Shown: in pieces, positions 34,429-44,356 of the stretch
Layout of the letters: each line of letters starts with the position of its first letter
Position numbering within the stretch: position 1 is the first letter of the stretch
The notes under the pieces: model-generated
The model's input: only the letters and a program-made list of their open reading frames with translations
Database searches by the model: none
Told to the model about the DNA's origin: nothing
Made by a program: the position numbers and the translations under genes
Assembly (NCBI GenBank): GCA_000993405.1
Contig: LBWB01000005.1
Location: 3,698 to 67,697 of the forward strand
Origin: Candidatus Woesebacteria bacterium GW2011_GWB1_39_12
GTDB taxonomy: Bacteria > Patescibacteriota > Microgenomatia > UBA8517
Reading direction: 5' to 3'
DNA length: 64,000 bases

Positions 34429-35052
34429 TTATTCTACAGATTTGGAAATTTTTGTGAGACCGTAGTTGACGGCCTGCTCAAGTTTATCTGGCGACATACT
34501 GCAGCTTTTCGAATCCGTATCGTTAATAAAGTCCTCCCATTTGCTAATCCACTCGCCATCGCCAAGAGCGTTAAGTTCCTGGATGATATTTGTCTTATCT
34601 GTTGCACTAAAACAGTTCGGAGGCTGTTTTCCAAAGGTTGACATCATCATGGATGCGGTACGTGCGATATTGGGAATATCGTCGGTAGCTACCTGCAGTT
34701 TGCTAAGTGTGTCTTTTGTTGATGCAAGTTCTTCTTCGCCAGTTTTCAATTTAAGATTGAGGATTTCGACTTCTTTTGCAAGGTCTGTGCTTTTGTAGAA
34801 AATCAAGTCTTTTTCGAGTTGCACACTTTTTTCTTTTGACTGAGCCAGGTTATTTATTGTGGTTGTTAAATCAGATGAGAGAGACTGGTTTTTCATAAAG
34901 AGAAAGCCTGTTCCAACCACTCCTACTATTGCAATTACTCCTGTTAAAACAAGAACGATGCGGGTTTTTGAAGGGGAAGGGATTGATACATTCTTTTGAG
35001 CCTGAGTTACGGTTTGAGACTGATTGGCGGGGACAGTTTCCATTAATTTCAT
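34429..35052 (-). CDS. Membrane-anchored coiled-coil protein, hypothetical
   Basis: 207 aa. N-terminal TM RIVLVLTGVIAIVGVVGTGFLF, then a coiled-coil region. Confidence 0.5.
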   Translation of the reverse strand: MKLMETVPANQSQTVTQAQKNVSIPSPSKTRIVLVLTGVIAIVGVVGTGFLFMKNQSLSSDLTTTINNLAQSKEKSVQLEKDLIFYKSTDLAKEVEILNLKLKTGEEELASTKDTLSKLQVATDDIPNIARTASMMMSTFGKQPPNCFSATDKTNIIQELNALGDGEWISKWEDFINDTDSKSCSMSPDKLEQAVNYGLTKISKSVE

Positions 35053-35222
35053 TTTTACACAAAAGCCAAGAAAGAATCAAGGAGTGGAGGATATTTATCT
35101 CCATTTCGAGGGTTATATTAAGTATCAACTGGTTTACACTGAGCCCTTCTACTTCGATCAGGATAAACTTGCCGAAGTGCTCCACTTTTTGGATACTATC
35201 CGAATGCTTAACTACTTGGATA

Positions 35223-35585
35223 TTATCCCGCCCTCGTACCATTGGGAACCATTTTCTCAGGAATCGCTAGAACAGGAGTGATTTTGTCAGCATATCCAAT
35301 ATCAAATAACATTCCTTCTGATAGCTCGCCCATCATTTCCTTAGGCTCAAGGTTTACCACGAATAAGGCCTGTTTTCCTTCTATCTCCTGAGGGTTTGCC
35401 CGTTCGTTTTTGAGTCCAACAAGAATCTTACGTTTATGATCTCCAAAATTAACAATAAGTCTTACTAGTTTGTCTGAATTTTCGATATCTTCAACTGCCT
35501 CTATTGTTCCGACTCGGATATCCAACTTTTCTAGATCCTCGAATTTAATGAGTGGTTTTATTGGTGCAACTTTTATAAGTGACAT
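35223..35585 (-). CDS. tRNA-binding domain protein (CsaA/Trbp111-like, EMAP/MetRS C-terminal-type OB fold)
   Basis: 120 aa. DIRVGTIEAVEDIENSDKLVRLIVNFGDHKRKILVGLKN...LEPKEMMGELSEGMLF matches the tRNA-binding OB-fold domain. Confidence 0.7.
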   Translation of the reverse strand: MSLIKVAPIKPLIKFEDLEKLDIRVGTIEAVEDIENSDKLVRLIVNFGDHKRKILVGLKNERANPQEIEGKQALFVVNLEPKEMMGELSEGMLFDIGYADKITPVLAIPEKMVPNGTRAG

Positions 35586-35602
35586 AATTTTTGTGATATG
35601 TT

Positions 35603-35923
35603 TTAGGACGAGAGAATGATAAAAGGTTTATGACGATTTTTGGGATTAAATCTCCTATATATTACTGAAGAGTTTTGCGCATCTACGGTAATAAGATAGC
35701 CATCCTTATTAACATGTGGATACGTACGTCCTGATTTATGTCCGCTATCAAATCGTTCCGCTACCAATGTTGCATAATTTAGACTTTTAGTTCCGCGTCC
35801 TGAGATAAAGTTAGGGAATTGAATGTTCAGAAAGAGATTAGAGAAAGAAAAAGTTCCATTTTTTATATTCTTGAATGAGCTCATACCCAATTCAGAAAGT
35901 GTTTTAGTTTTTCTCCTCTTCAT
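35603..35923 (-). CDS. Hypothetical protein
   Basis: 106 aa. Confidence 0.4.
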   Translation of the reverse strand: MKRRKTKTLSELGMSSFKNIKNGTFSFSNLFLNIQFPNFISGRGTKSLNYATLVAERFDSGHKSGRTYPHVNKDGYLITVDAQNSSVIYRRFNPKNRHKPFIILSS

Positions 35924-36047
35924 ATAATGTTAAATATTGGTTCGGATAAAATCAACTTGGCTCGAGAAATGGTCACAATTTCGGACAACTGACTGGGTAA
36001 ATTACCTTGAATACCCAGAATACGCAACTAAGGAAGTTAATCGATTC

Positions 36048-36947
36048 CTAAACCTTAGTTAAGATATTTTGAGGCTTACCTGCTACAAAAGCTTCGATAT
36101 TCTGCACCGCTATTTCGGCACCATTTACAAGCGCTTGTTTAGACGACCAGGCAATGTGAGGAGTTACTAGCACCTTTGGATTACTCAGGGCTTTCTGATA
36201 GAACTCGTTAGTTGTATCGCCAAACTTTTCTGGATCGCAGTCTATTGCAGCGCCTCCCACAATTCCGTTATCAATCGATTTGAGCAACCCATCCAGGTCA
36301 TAAGTGTATCGTCTGACAAAGGACACAAAGTAAGCACTCTTTTTAAGCGACATAAAGAACTTTTCATCAAGTAAGTTTTTACTTGTAGAGTTGCAATTGA
36401 GGGCGTTAATCACTAAGTCAGCATCGGCGGCTTTGGCAATTAAATCGTCACCTCGTTCAAAGAAGCTGACTTTCATACCCAAAGCCTCACAAGGAATAGC
36501 AATCTTAGAGCCTATGCTTCCTTTGCCGACAATAAGCACTTTCTTTTCATTCAAGCTCTCATGAACTTCGACAGAGATGGTTTTGTCAGCCCTTACTAAG
36601 GGAATAAACTTACGAAACAAGGCAAGGGTCATGAACATCACCCACTCGATAATTGATGGTCTATTGCCACCTTGTGAATTAGCAACTACTACGCCTTTCT
36701 TTTTTAGCTCTTTAGAGTTGAATACACCAAGTTCGACATAGGGATAAGTCACAAAAATATCTTTTAATTTGGGTAAGCTATCGAGCAGGAACGCACCGTC
36801 ACTATAAAGAACATCAGCCCCATAAGTTTGCTTAACTAAGTCATCAGAACTTGACGGACTGGAAAGATAATTAACCTCACCTAGCGCTTCAAGCCGTGCC
36901 TTTTGTTTGTCTGTTGGATTGGCTCCTAATACTACAATTTTTGTCAT
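36048..36947 (-). CDS. D-isomer-specific 2-hydroxyacid dehydrogenase (NAD-binding)
   Basis: 299 aa. VLIVGKGSIGSKIA (GxGxxG), GGAAIDC, TPHIAWSS are signatures of the D-2-hydroxyacid dehydrogenase family. Confidence 0.8.
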   Translation of the reverse strand: MTKIVVLGANPTDKQKARLEALGEVNYLSSPSSSDDLVKQTYGADVLYSDGAFLLDSLPKLKDIFVTYPYVELGVFNSKELKKKGVVVANSQGGNRPSIIEWVMFMTLALFRKFIPLVRADKTISVEVHESLNEKKVLIVGKGSIGSKIAIPCEALGMKVSFFERGDDLIAKAADADLVINALNCNSTSKNLLDEKFFMSLKKSAYFVSFVRRYTYDLDGLLKSIDNGIVGGAAIDCDPEKFGDTTNEFYQKALSNPKVLVTPHIAWSSKQALVNGAEIAVQNIEAFVAGKPQNILTKV

Positions 36948-36967
36948 ATAGATTTATATTACACCAA

Positions 36968-37351
36968 TTATATTTTTTGTTGGTTCTTCGCAGCTAATTT
37001 GGAATCAGTGACATTCCCAGTGTTTAGCGTTACTTTTGGCTCGATTAAGACTATGTGAACTTCTTCTTTTGCTTCGGGTTTATGCTCGATTGGGTGCGGA
37101 ATTATGACAAACTCGCCCTCGTTTATTTCCACATCTCTGTCTCTGAAGTGAATTGTCAACCGACCTTTAATCACCAAAAACAGCTCGTCTTCACTTTCGT
37201 GGTGATGCCAGACAAATTCTCCTTTGAGTTTTACTACCTGAACCTTATGGTCATTCAACTCACCAACGATTTTGGGATTCCAGTATTCCTTGAAAAGAGA
37301 CAGTTTATCGGCGATATTGACTACTTTTACGGTATCACTGATGTTTTTCAT
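36968..37351 (-). CDS. Cupin-domain protein
   Basis: 127 aa. WHHHESEDELFLVIKGRLTIHF...GEFVIIPHPIEHKPEA fits a cupin fold. Confidence 0.6.
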   Translation of the reverse strand: MKNISDTVKVVNIADKLSLFKEYWNPKIVGELNDHKVQVVKLKGEFVWHHHESEDELFLVIKGRLTIHFRDRDVEINEGEFVIIPHPIEHKPEAKEEVHIVLIEPKVTLNTGNVTDSKLAAKNQQKI

Positions 37352-37391
37352 ATCTTGTTTATTATAACAAAATTAGCCGATTTGTTCTTTC

Positions 37392-37760
37392 TCAAAGTTT
37401 GTATCTCGGATCCAACAAAGTGCAAATTGCCAGAAATACGAGCAAATATAAAATGCCGCCAATAACTAACTTTTCTAAAAAAGATACCTGCCTTCTTCTT
37501 ATTATCTTGGGTATAGCGATTAATAGAAAAGCCTCGATGACAAACGAAAGACCGCCAAGACCATAATAAAAAATTATCTGGAGTGGTTTAGATAGAAACG
37601 AAATGTCTTCTTTTACATCACCGAAAAGATCAAGTGGTGTAGAGATCTTCAAAATGTCTTGGGTTATATCCTTCAGAAAGTGGACAAGAATGAAAATATA
37701 CAGGAACGGAAGAAGTAGTCTCCAGATGTTAAAGACTGATTTGATCTGTTTAATTTTCAT
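37392..37760 (-). CDS. Hypothetical membrane protein
   Basis: 122 aa, 3-4 TM helices. Confidence 0.45.
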   Translation of the reverse strand: MKIKQIKSVFNIWRLLLPFLYIFILVHFLKDITQDILKISTPLDLFGDVKEDISFLSKPLQIIFYYGLGGLSFVIEAFLLIAIPKIIRRRQVSFLEKLVIGGILYLLVFLAICTLLDPRYKL

Positions 37761-37779
37761 AATTTCAATCCCAAAGCTC

Positions 37780-38064
37780 CTATGGCAATATGGTTGCTAA
37801 AAACCAAAGTGGTAAGGAAAACACAACCAAAGCACCCAATAAGCCAAGTCTATCTCTTTTCAAAACCACCAACGACCCCACAATACCCAGAAGGTCTAAA
37901 GGATAGGTTACATAATTACAGTATGGCTTGCACCACAGATGAGGTCTATGGAGAATGTTGGTAAATGAACTGTGTAACCCAAAAACTTGTAGAGTATCCC
38001 TGATTAGGTGATAAACCGAAGCAAGAAAAATAACAATAAATACCAATTTCAAGAATTTGCTCAT
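37780..38064 (-). CDS. Hypothetical membrane protein
   Basis: 94 aa, 2-3 TM helices. Overlaps the upstream gene by 4 nt. Confidence 0.45.
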   Translation of the reverse strand: MSKFLKLVFIVIFLASVYHLIRDTLQVFGLHSSFTNILHRPHLWCKPYCNYVTYPLDLLGIVGSLVVLKRDRLGLLGALVVFSLPLWFLATILP

Positions 38065-38534
38065 AGGATAAACCAGCGAGAAACTTGCTGTGTATACCTG
38101 ACATAGTCCTCCCCATACCTCGCTTTTAATATGGGTTCTTCAACTCTAATCAGGTAAATATGAAGTCCTACCGCCCCGATAAGAAATAACCCCAACAACA
38201 TTATGTGCCCAAGAGAAAGAAACAAGCCCAAGTATATAAGCGCATGAGCTACATAAATCGGATTCCTTGTGAATTTATACACGCCTTTAATCACCAACTT
38301 TTTAGGAGGTTCTGTCAGCATAGGAGTCCCTCTACCGTGGAGCTTAAATGTTAAACTCGCAATTAAAGCAAGTAATACGCCACCTACGGTAAGCACGTAG
38401 CCCAGCGATTTCAGAACTCCAAAGTCAATTTGGGGTAAGTTAAGCGCAGTATTTATATAAGCAAAACTCAGTGGAAGAAGCACCCATAACAGTAGAATAG
38501 CGAACAAACCAAATAAAAAGGATTTGAACTTCAT
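38061..38534 (-). CDS. Isoprenylcysteine carboxyl methyltransferase (ICMT)/phospholipid methyltransferase family membrane protein
   Basis: 157 aa. VYKFTRNPIYVAHALIYLGLFLSLGH matches the family's RNPxY...G motif. Confidence 0.65.
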   Translation of the reverse strand: MKFKSFLFGLFAILLLWVLLPLSFAYINTALNLPQIDFGVLKSLGYVLTVGGVLLALIASLTFKLHGRGTPMLTEPPKKLVIKGVYKFTRNPIYVAHALIYLGLFLSLGHIMLLGLFLIGAVGLHIYLIRVEEPILKARYGEDYVRYTQQVSRWFIL

Positions 38535-38588
38535 CTTAGCAACAAGTATACCTCTTCCTACTGAAAAATTGTATAATTAAGTTGAGTT

Positions 38589-38777
38589 ATGCCGAAGAAA
38601 AACACGACTTTACCAAAATTGTTAACTATCCGCCAAGCAGCGGAGATTTTGAATGTCCATGTGGAGACACTGAGACGATGGGATAAAAGCGGAAAGTTGA
38701 AGGCTACCCGAATCAACGAGCGTGGTGATAGGCGCTATGACCCAAGAGATATCGAAAAAATCTTAAATAACAAATAA
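38589..38777 (+). CDS. Excisionase/MerR-type helix-turn-helix DNA-binding protein
   Basis: 62 aa. LLTIRQAAEILNVHVETLRRWDKSGKLKATRINERGDRRYDPRDIEKI is typical of the excisionase-family HTH. Directly precedes the 1134-aa ORF with a 4-nt gap. Confidence 0.7.
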   Translation: MPKKNTTLPKLLTIRQAAEILNVHVETLRRWDKSGKLKATRINERGDRRYDPRDIEKILNNK

Positions 38778-38781
38778 ATCT

Positions 38782-41700
38782 ATGAGCGACCTTCTTGGAG
38801 GAAAATTAGATAATTCAGAGATTAAAAAGGAGATCGGCAAATCCTCCTTCTCTACTGGGTATAAACCATCCAGTCAACTAATCAATGATACTCTTGAACA
38901 ACTTTGGTTTCATGATTTTTACAATAGTTTTATATCCGACGAGGTTTATCTTAGCTACCTACTTAGTTACCTGAATCAAATTAAGCCTCGCAAATTTGAC
39001 CGATATGAGTTCTATAAATATTTCTTTGATCAAATTGAGAAAAAACTAAGTGCAAGGAAAATCCTACAGCAAATTGCACTCACATTTGAAAAGCTACAAA
39101 GCGATGCTATCCCCCCAGAGGAATACAATTCCCTCTTACAACAGGTAAATGCTCCGACAGACACATTTAGTGCCTCCTGGATGGACACATGCCATTTAGG
39201 AAAAGTTAAAAAAAGAGACGAGAAGAAATTATTTATTTGGGAGCATCATACCCTTACTGAGTTTTTAGTCGCCGAATATTTACTTGAAGGCGAGGATGTC
39301 TTAGGAGAATTTCAAAAACTGGCAATTCTAAAGCAAGAAGGCATAACTGCTTTTAAGCCGTCATGGTCTGGTGTTTTGCGCTTCCTTATTGAATCTAAAA
39401 AAGGCTTAGAAGTCAGCGCCTGGCTGATCAGTTTCTTAGAAAAACATCCAGATGACCTTGATGATAATCTAGCAGAACTTCTCGTTTACGAGCTGGCAAA
39501 CCAAACTTCAAAGATCAAGAAAAGAGTTTTTAATCTTGTTTACAACTCTTATTTTGAAAAAGTTACCTGGATACCTGTTAGGGCAAGAGTTCGCTTATCT
39601 AAATTTGTCGATAAACAATCATATAAAAGGCTAAAAACCGATATTAAAGTTTGGGCAAACAAGACTGAAACTTTTGTGCGGAGGGGTAATGTTGTCTCAA
39701 TAATAGAAGGTATATTAAAGGACAAAAATAAAATCGTCGATGCTACAGAGAAAAAATTCTGGCTCACAAAACTAGTAGAGTTTGCTAATAATCCCAACGA
39801 TGACGGCAATGGTGTTCTCCAAAGACACAGCTTGGGAGCATTAGCACAATTTGAAGACGAGAGCATAATCTCTAAGGTCTCGCAGAAATGTTTCGAGGAA
39901 ACACGAGACTCGTTGGTAAGAAATGAATTTATACAGTTTTGTATTGACACGAATCCTAACTCTAAAGAAGCTATCGATTACTTTGTAAAAGACATCTCTA
40001 GTATTTACTCCCGCCACGGGCTTTACAGGATTACAACCCAAGAAGCAATTGAGTATTTACTATCCAAAATCGCCGAAGACACCAGTTTTCTTAGGGAGTT
40101 TTTAGATAAGGAAAGTGTTTTCGACAAAGACGGTAGTGACAGGCGGCTTCTTAAAAATATTAAAAAGCGCATCAATACTAAGGTGATCCAATTATTAAAA
40201 AAGATTATTTTTACGGTTCTTCGTATCACTGATTATTATCATGAAGGGCAATCTAGTCTTCTGCGTCAAATAATTCAGCTAATCAACGAGCATGATCCAC
40301 GCTATCTCTTTGAGATCTTGACAGATATAAAAAGTGAAAAGGATGAACAAAAAATAGACAGGCTTTTCTGGGATTCAAGAGATTTATTGGCATTGTTGCT
40401 AACCAAAGACAATGTCAAAGAATATTTCGATTTTTTGAAAGATTTTCCAGATAGAACAAAGAGGGATACTCAATTTGTCGTATATAGCGCAAAACGATTG
40501 AACGGAGAAATCGGAGAAGCGACTTATCAAGAAGCAGTGAAACTAAAATTGGTTGAAAAAGTTGATGAAAGAAGCTCGAAAAAATACTTCGAAAAACAAG
40601 AGAGGCAAAGAAAACAGAAGGTCTACACGAATTTTCTTCATCAGCTTGAGCCAGAACCAGGCAAATTTCAGACTGGCGTCTTTGAATATTTTATTCAAAA
40701 CAAGGAAGAGATTCAGAAACAATGGAAAAAGAAAGATAAGCAAAAACTGCTGAAACTGGCAGTTAAAGTTTGCCTTCAAAAAATTAATCCTCGTCAATTT
40801 CGAGTAACTTTAGCAAATAAGGGCGAAGGGAATAACCAGTTTACATGGAGCACACCCGCTTCCTATTACGGAGACCTGCTCAATGCGGTTAAAGAATTAG
40901 CACCAGAAGAAATCAAAAAGCATAGACAGAATATTATTGACTTTATTCCCTACGAGTTTGATACCTCAGCTACTTTAGATTTTATAGAACAAGTAAACGA
41001 TACTGACCTTGCCTGGGTAAATCAGGTCATGAGTGATCAAAACGACCACCGTCGTTATCTTATACCACAAACTTATATTTATCTGGTAGGAGAGTATGCA
41101 AAACGCCGTTGTAAATTGGATACCGTAAAACCAATTCTGAAATCATTTATAACCGATCCCGATATTCGGGACTATACCCGCCGTTCAGCTTTAGAAAATT
41201 TAGCTCATTTCATAGACAGCTCAGATAAAGTGACTAAGAAGTTCCTCAAGGATATTTTTACAAAATCAAGTGACCAAGAGCTCGTCGAGATTGCTAATGG
41301 CTTGTTAATAACTGTATATGAAGACGAGAAAGCCATTAATTGGCGTTTTGAAAAGCTAAAAAAACCGCTGGAATTTAACAGAGAGGATGTCGAAGGTCAA
41401 GCTCATTCGGTTGGGGCAGTAGAAGAAGAACTCATGAGAATGTCGTCAGCAAAACCATTAATGGACTTGCGTGACGAAAAGTATTTACCCAAATTTTTGG
41501 ATTTACTTGACTACTCATTTAAGTTTACTGAAAAAAAAGATAACAAAAAGTATTGGGAATATGTCAACTATCTCTGGCGAACAGTTACAGAATTCGTAGA
41601 CAAATTAAAAGAAAAGGGGTCATTTATACCCCTTATGGAACTAGAAAACTGGGTTGAGGAACACTCTCAATATGAGAACATTAACTGGTTTGAGGCACGA

Positions 41701-42186
41701 ATAAAGGAAATCAAGAGAAATTATCTCAACCTTGTTCATCCTTTCGATAAACTTGTGGACGGCGTGGAGGAACTCAACAAGATTGGTGTGCCTGCCGCAT
41801 CAATAGCTTATTTTCTATTCAAAGCACAATTAGTAGAGTCAAGATTGCGAGATCTTATTTTGGGAATAAATTACTTCCTTGAAAAGGCAAATAACAAATT
41901 GCCAATCTACAGGAAACTGAATCACGAAAATAAAAAAAGACTTAAAAATTCAACATTAAGCCAATTGTGTGACGAGCTGAACTGTTACCAAAGCCAACTG
42001 GTTGAGAAGTTAAAGAATAAGCTAAGTCAATTTTCTACCGAAAGGAATAAATTTAATCACGAACTATATAATCAGAACAAAGATATTCGTGACCTAAGTG
42101 AAGAAGCTAAAAAATACACAAAATTTGCTGAAGAAAGCCTAGATTTAATACACTCAGTTTGGGAAGAAATTTTGACTATCAGGTAA
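38782..42186 (+). CDS. Large (1134 aa) alpha-helical protein of unknown function with a possible C-terminal HEPN-like motif
   Basis: No P-loop found. Long helical-repeat (HEAT-like) middle region. The C-terminal ~130 aa contain ...SQFSTERNKFNHELYNQ..., i.e. R-N-x3-H, the HEPN RNase signature pattern. In an operon with the upstream HTH gene and inside the putative integrated element. Confidence 0.5.
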   Translation: MSDLLGGKLDNSEIKKEIGKSSFSTGYKPSSQLINDTLEQLWFHDFYNSFISDEVYLSYLLSYLNQIKPRKFDRYEFYKYFFDQIEKKLSARKILQQIALTFEKLQSDAIPPEEYNSLLQQVNAPTDTFSASWMDTCHLGKVKKRDEKKLFIWEHHTLTEFLVAEYLLEGEDVLGEFQKLAILKQEGITAFKPSWSGVLRFLIESKKGLEVSAWLISFLEKHPDDLDDNLAELLVYELANQTSKIKKRVFNLVYNSYFEKVTWIPVRARVRLSKFVDKQSYKRLKTDIKVWANKTETFVRRGNVVSIIEGILKDKNKIVDATEKKFWLTKLVEFANNPNDDGNGVLQRHSLGALAQFEDESIISKVSQKCFEETRDSLVRNEFIQFCIDTNPNSKEAIDYFVKDISSIYSRHGLYRITTQEAIEYLLSKIAEDTSFLREFLDKESVFDKDGSDRRLLKNIKKRINTKVIQLLKKIIFTVLRITDYYHEGQSSLLRQIIQLINEHDPRYLFEILTDIKSEKDEQKIDRLFWDSRDLLALLLTKDNVKEYFDFLKDFPDRTKRDTQFVVYSAKRLNGEIGEATYQEAVKLKLVEKVDERSSKKYFEKQERQRKQKVYTNFLHQLEPEPGKFQTGVFEYFIQNKEEIQKQWKKKDKQKLLKLAVKVCLQKINPRQFRVTLANKGEGNNQFTWSTPASYYGDLLNAVKELAPEEIKKHRQNIIDFIPYEFDTSATLDFIEQVNDTDLAWVNQVMSDQNDHRRYLIPQTYIYLVGEYAKRRCKLDTVKPILKSFITDPDIRDYTRRSALENLAHFIDSSDKVTKKFLKDIFTKSSDQELVEIANGLLITVYEDEKAINWRFEKLKKPLEFNREDVEGQAHSVGAVEEELMRMSSAKPLMDLRDEKYLPKFLDLLDYSFKFTEKKDNKKYWEYVNYLWRTVTEFVDKLKEKGSFIPLMELENWVEEHSQYENINWFEARIKEIKRNYLNLVHPFDKLVDGVEELNKIGVPAASIAYFLFKAQLVESRLRDLILGINYFLEKANNKLPIYRKLNHENKKRLKNSTLSQLCDELNCYQSQLVEKLKNKLSQFSTERNKFNHELYNQNKDIRDLSEEAKKYTKFAEESLDLIHSVWEEILTIR

Positions 42187-42483
42187 GAAATAAACAATGT
42201 TGACTTATTGACCAGCGCGTTAGCCCCCGTGTTGACTTTGTAGGCGCTTTCGTGCTTGAAGTGGCATCTGATTACCTTATGTTAGCTTCAGAAGCCTCGT
42301 TGGGGATTTGTTGCAGGAGTCTGCAGTAGTTCTGGGAGGACTCCTTAACCTCCATACTTGATTGGGCTAGCCTGGAGAGTTTCCTGGTAAAACCAGTATA
42401 TTTCTAGCGTCAGAACCAATAAGTAATTTAACTCAATAACAATAAAAATTCAACTTCACTTGATATTTCTCTCTTTTCTATTG

Positions 42484-43257
42484 TTACTTCGGCGCTTGTC
42501 CGTTCAGCTCGTTTGAATAGACGATCACTTGCCCTCCGTTAGTGATGGTTAAGCTCAGGCTTCCGCCTGTGCTGTTTCGCCATCCGAAGAAGTAGTTGAT
42601 CTTGCTGCCTCCGCCGTCCTTTATGTTCGTCATTTCAGGATCGAGTTTTAGGCTTGTCAGGTCTACTCCGAGGATATTTTTATGATCTTCGATAAACTTC
42701 TCGGCTACCTTCTGGGCTTGCGCCTGAGTGTAGCGGGGAGTGTAGTCGTATTCCGCTTGCGGATCAAACCAACGACTGCCATCTGAGTTCGTTCCCCATC
42801 TGCTACCTTCCCATGCTTCTGCCCTCACTGAGACGATGTAATTCGTCTTTGGGTCTATCGTGAAGCCTCCAAGCTTGGCATTATAATGCTCGTTCTTGGG
42901 ATTGTTATAATCGGTGCCTTCAAAGGTGCTGCAGATAAAATCCACAGCAACTGACTTATCACCAAGAAACTCTTTGATATTGGCGACTGCCTTTGCCCTC
43001 TGGTCTTCTGGTCGGGCTGTCAGTTGGCAGTATTCTTTGTAGGCATCTTTATGCGCCTGGCTCTCAGCATTCTTATTTGTGTTCATCGCCTCTACTAACT
43101 GGGCGATTCTCGTCGCTTTGGCATCAGTTGACAATGTCGGGGCAACTTTTGATTGATTTATTAAACGAGGGATTAGGATGATAACCAGAAGCGCAACTAC
43201 TGCTAAAAGTAAAATAGCGGGAAGAAAACGAGATTTATTTTTATTTGTCATATTCAT
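42484..43257 (-). CDS. Membrane-anchored extracytoplasmic protein, hypothetical
   Basis: 257 aa. N-terminal TM LPAILLLAVVALLVIILIP. Strong SD GAGGAGGTGA. Confidence 0.55.
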   Translation of the reverse strand: MNMTNKNKSRFLPAILLLAVVALLVIILIPRLINQSKVAPTLSTDAKATRIAQLVEAMNTNKNAESQAHKDAYKEYCQLTARPEDQRAKAVANIKEFLGDKSVAVDFICSTFEGTDYNNPKNEHYNAKLGGFTIDPKTNYIVSVRAEAWEGSRWGTNSDGSRWFDPQAEYDYTPRYTQAQAQKVAEKFIEDHKNILGVDLTSLKLDPEMTNIKDGGGSKINYFFGWRNSTGGSLSLTITNGGQVIVYSNELNGQAPK

Positions 43258-43550
43258 TTTTCACCTCCTCTCGGGTATAAATTGATAATTTAGCCTTGAG
43301 TGTTGCATGTTAACTTCGCTTAAGGGAGATTGTCAAATCAAACAAAAAGCTCCCCCCAGCGATGGCTTGCGCCACCTGCCACCCTTTCGGATGACAGCCT
43401 CGACAGCGCTCTAGGGAGAGCTTGTTGCTGTCGAGGACTTCTTCATGCCATGCCCCTTGCGGAGTTTAGGCAATGTGCTTATATTGTAACAATTTTAGGC
43501 TAATTTTTATATAATGATCATATCCATTGATACTGTCCTATAAATGGAAA

Positions 43551-44252
43551 ATGACAATGAAAATGAATATTGCAAAACAACAAGCTATAGCAAAAATCTG
43601 GTTAGTGCTACAAGAAATCCAAGAAAAAGTGGAGCTTACAAACGATGTGGATGCAGCGATCAATTTACCAGTAATCCCAACAAAACAATATTACAGGGAG
43701 TTTAGGAAAATATTCGGGGAGGAAGTCGATGACGAATATATTTGCCAGGAGAGGGTCGGAATCTTAAACGGTCTAGAGAAAAGAGACTTAATCATGTGGG
43801 AGGACGAATTCCCAGGAATGATACGCTTCACAACTACCCATTTATATGACGATTATTACAAGGAAATCGAGAAGCAATACACACAGATCGATTCAACTGT
43901 AAGTGAGCAACAAAATATTCTTCAATGGCAGGAACTTAAATTGGATCTCTCAAAAGGAACTCTGCAATATAAAAATAGCCCACCCATAGATGTATCTCCA
44001 AGCGAAGAAGAGATTATGTTTTTAGCGGTCCTGATGAGAGCCAAGAGAATAGTTGAGTATGTCGAGATTGCAAGAGAACTAAAAATGAACTGTTATCACC
44101 AAGGAGTGACCAACGAAGATCTCGCAAGAAATGTGCAGTATCTAAGGCGGGATATTGTGCCAGTTTTAGAAAAAATAGGCATGCCCCGAAGTGAAATAAA
44201 GAGAATGATTGTCTCAATCAGAAACAAGGGTTACAAACTCCGCACAAAATAG
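43551..44252 (+). CDS. Putative transcriptional regulator with a C-terminal OmpR/PhoB-type winged-helix DNA-binding domain
   Basis: ORF 43527..44252 begins at TTG. ATG at 43551. C-terminal SPSEEEIMFLAVLMRAKRIVEYVEIARELKM...NVQYLRRDIVPVLEKIGMPRSEIKRMIVSIRNKGYKLRT matches the Trans_reg_C pattern (...VSxRNKGYKL). Confidence 0.5.
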   Translation: MTMKMNIAKQQAIAKIWLVLQEIQEKVELTNDVDAAINLPVIPTKQYYREFRKIFGEEVDDEYICQERVGILNGLEKRDLIMWEDEFPGMIRFTTTHLYDDYYKEIEKQYTQIDSTVSEQQNILQWQELKLDLSKGTLQYKNSPPIDVSPSEEEIMFLAVLMRAKRIVEYVEIARELKMNCYHQGVTNEDLARNVQYLRRDIVPVLEKIGMPRSEIKRMIVSIRNKGYKLRTK

Positions 44253-44356
44253 TCGTCTCCCAACCCGCAAAACTCCTCGTAAGATCGTAAATTCTTCCTA
44301 GACAAGCCCGTGGCAACTTGCTACTGATTCCCCAAGAATATGGGTAGCTATCAATT

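Noticed and set aside
42187-42483. RNase P RNA or SRP RNA in the GC-rich intergenic region
   Set aside because: Signature blocks (RNase P P4 AGGAAAGTCCGGGCTCC..., SRP domain IV GGAAGCAGCC-type) were not found by eye.
43262-43284. cctcctctcgggtata resembles the tRNA-Asn 3' end (ctcctcgggtagga); considered as a possible attL for the recombinase element
   Set aside because: The match is short and has an indel. The sequence is the reverse complement of the Shine-Dalgarno region (GAGGAGGTGA) of the 42484..43257 gene, so it is most likely coincidental. Serine recombinases also do not generate long direct repeats.
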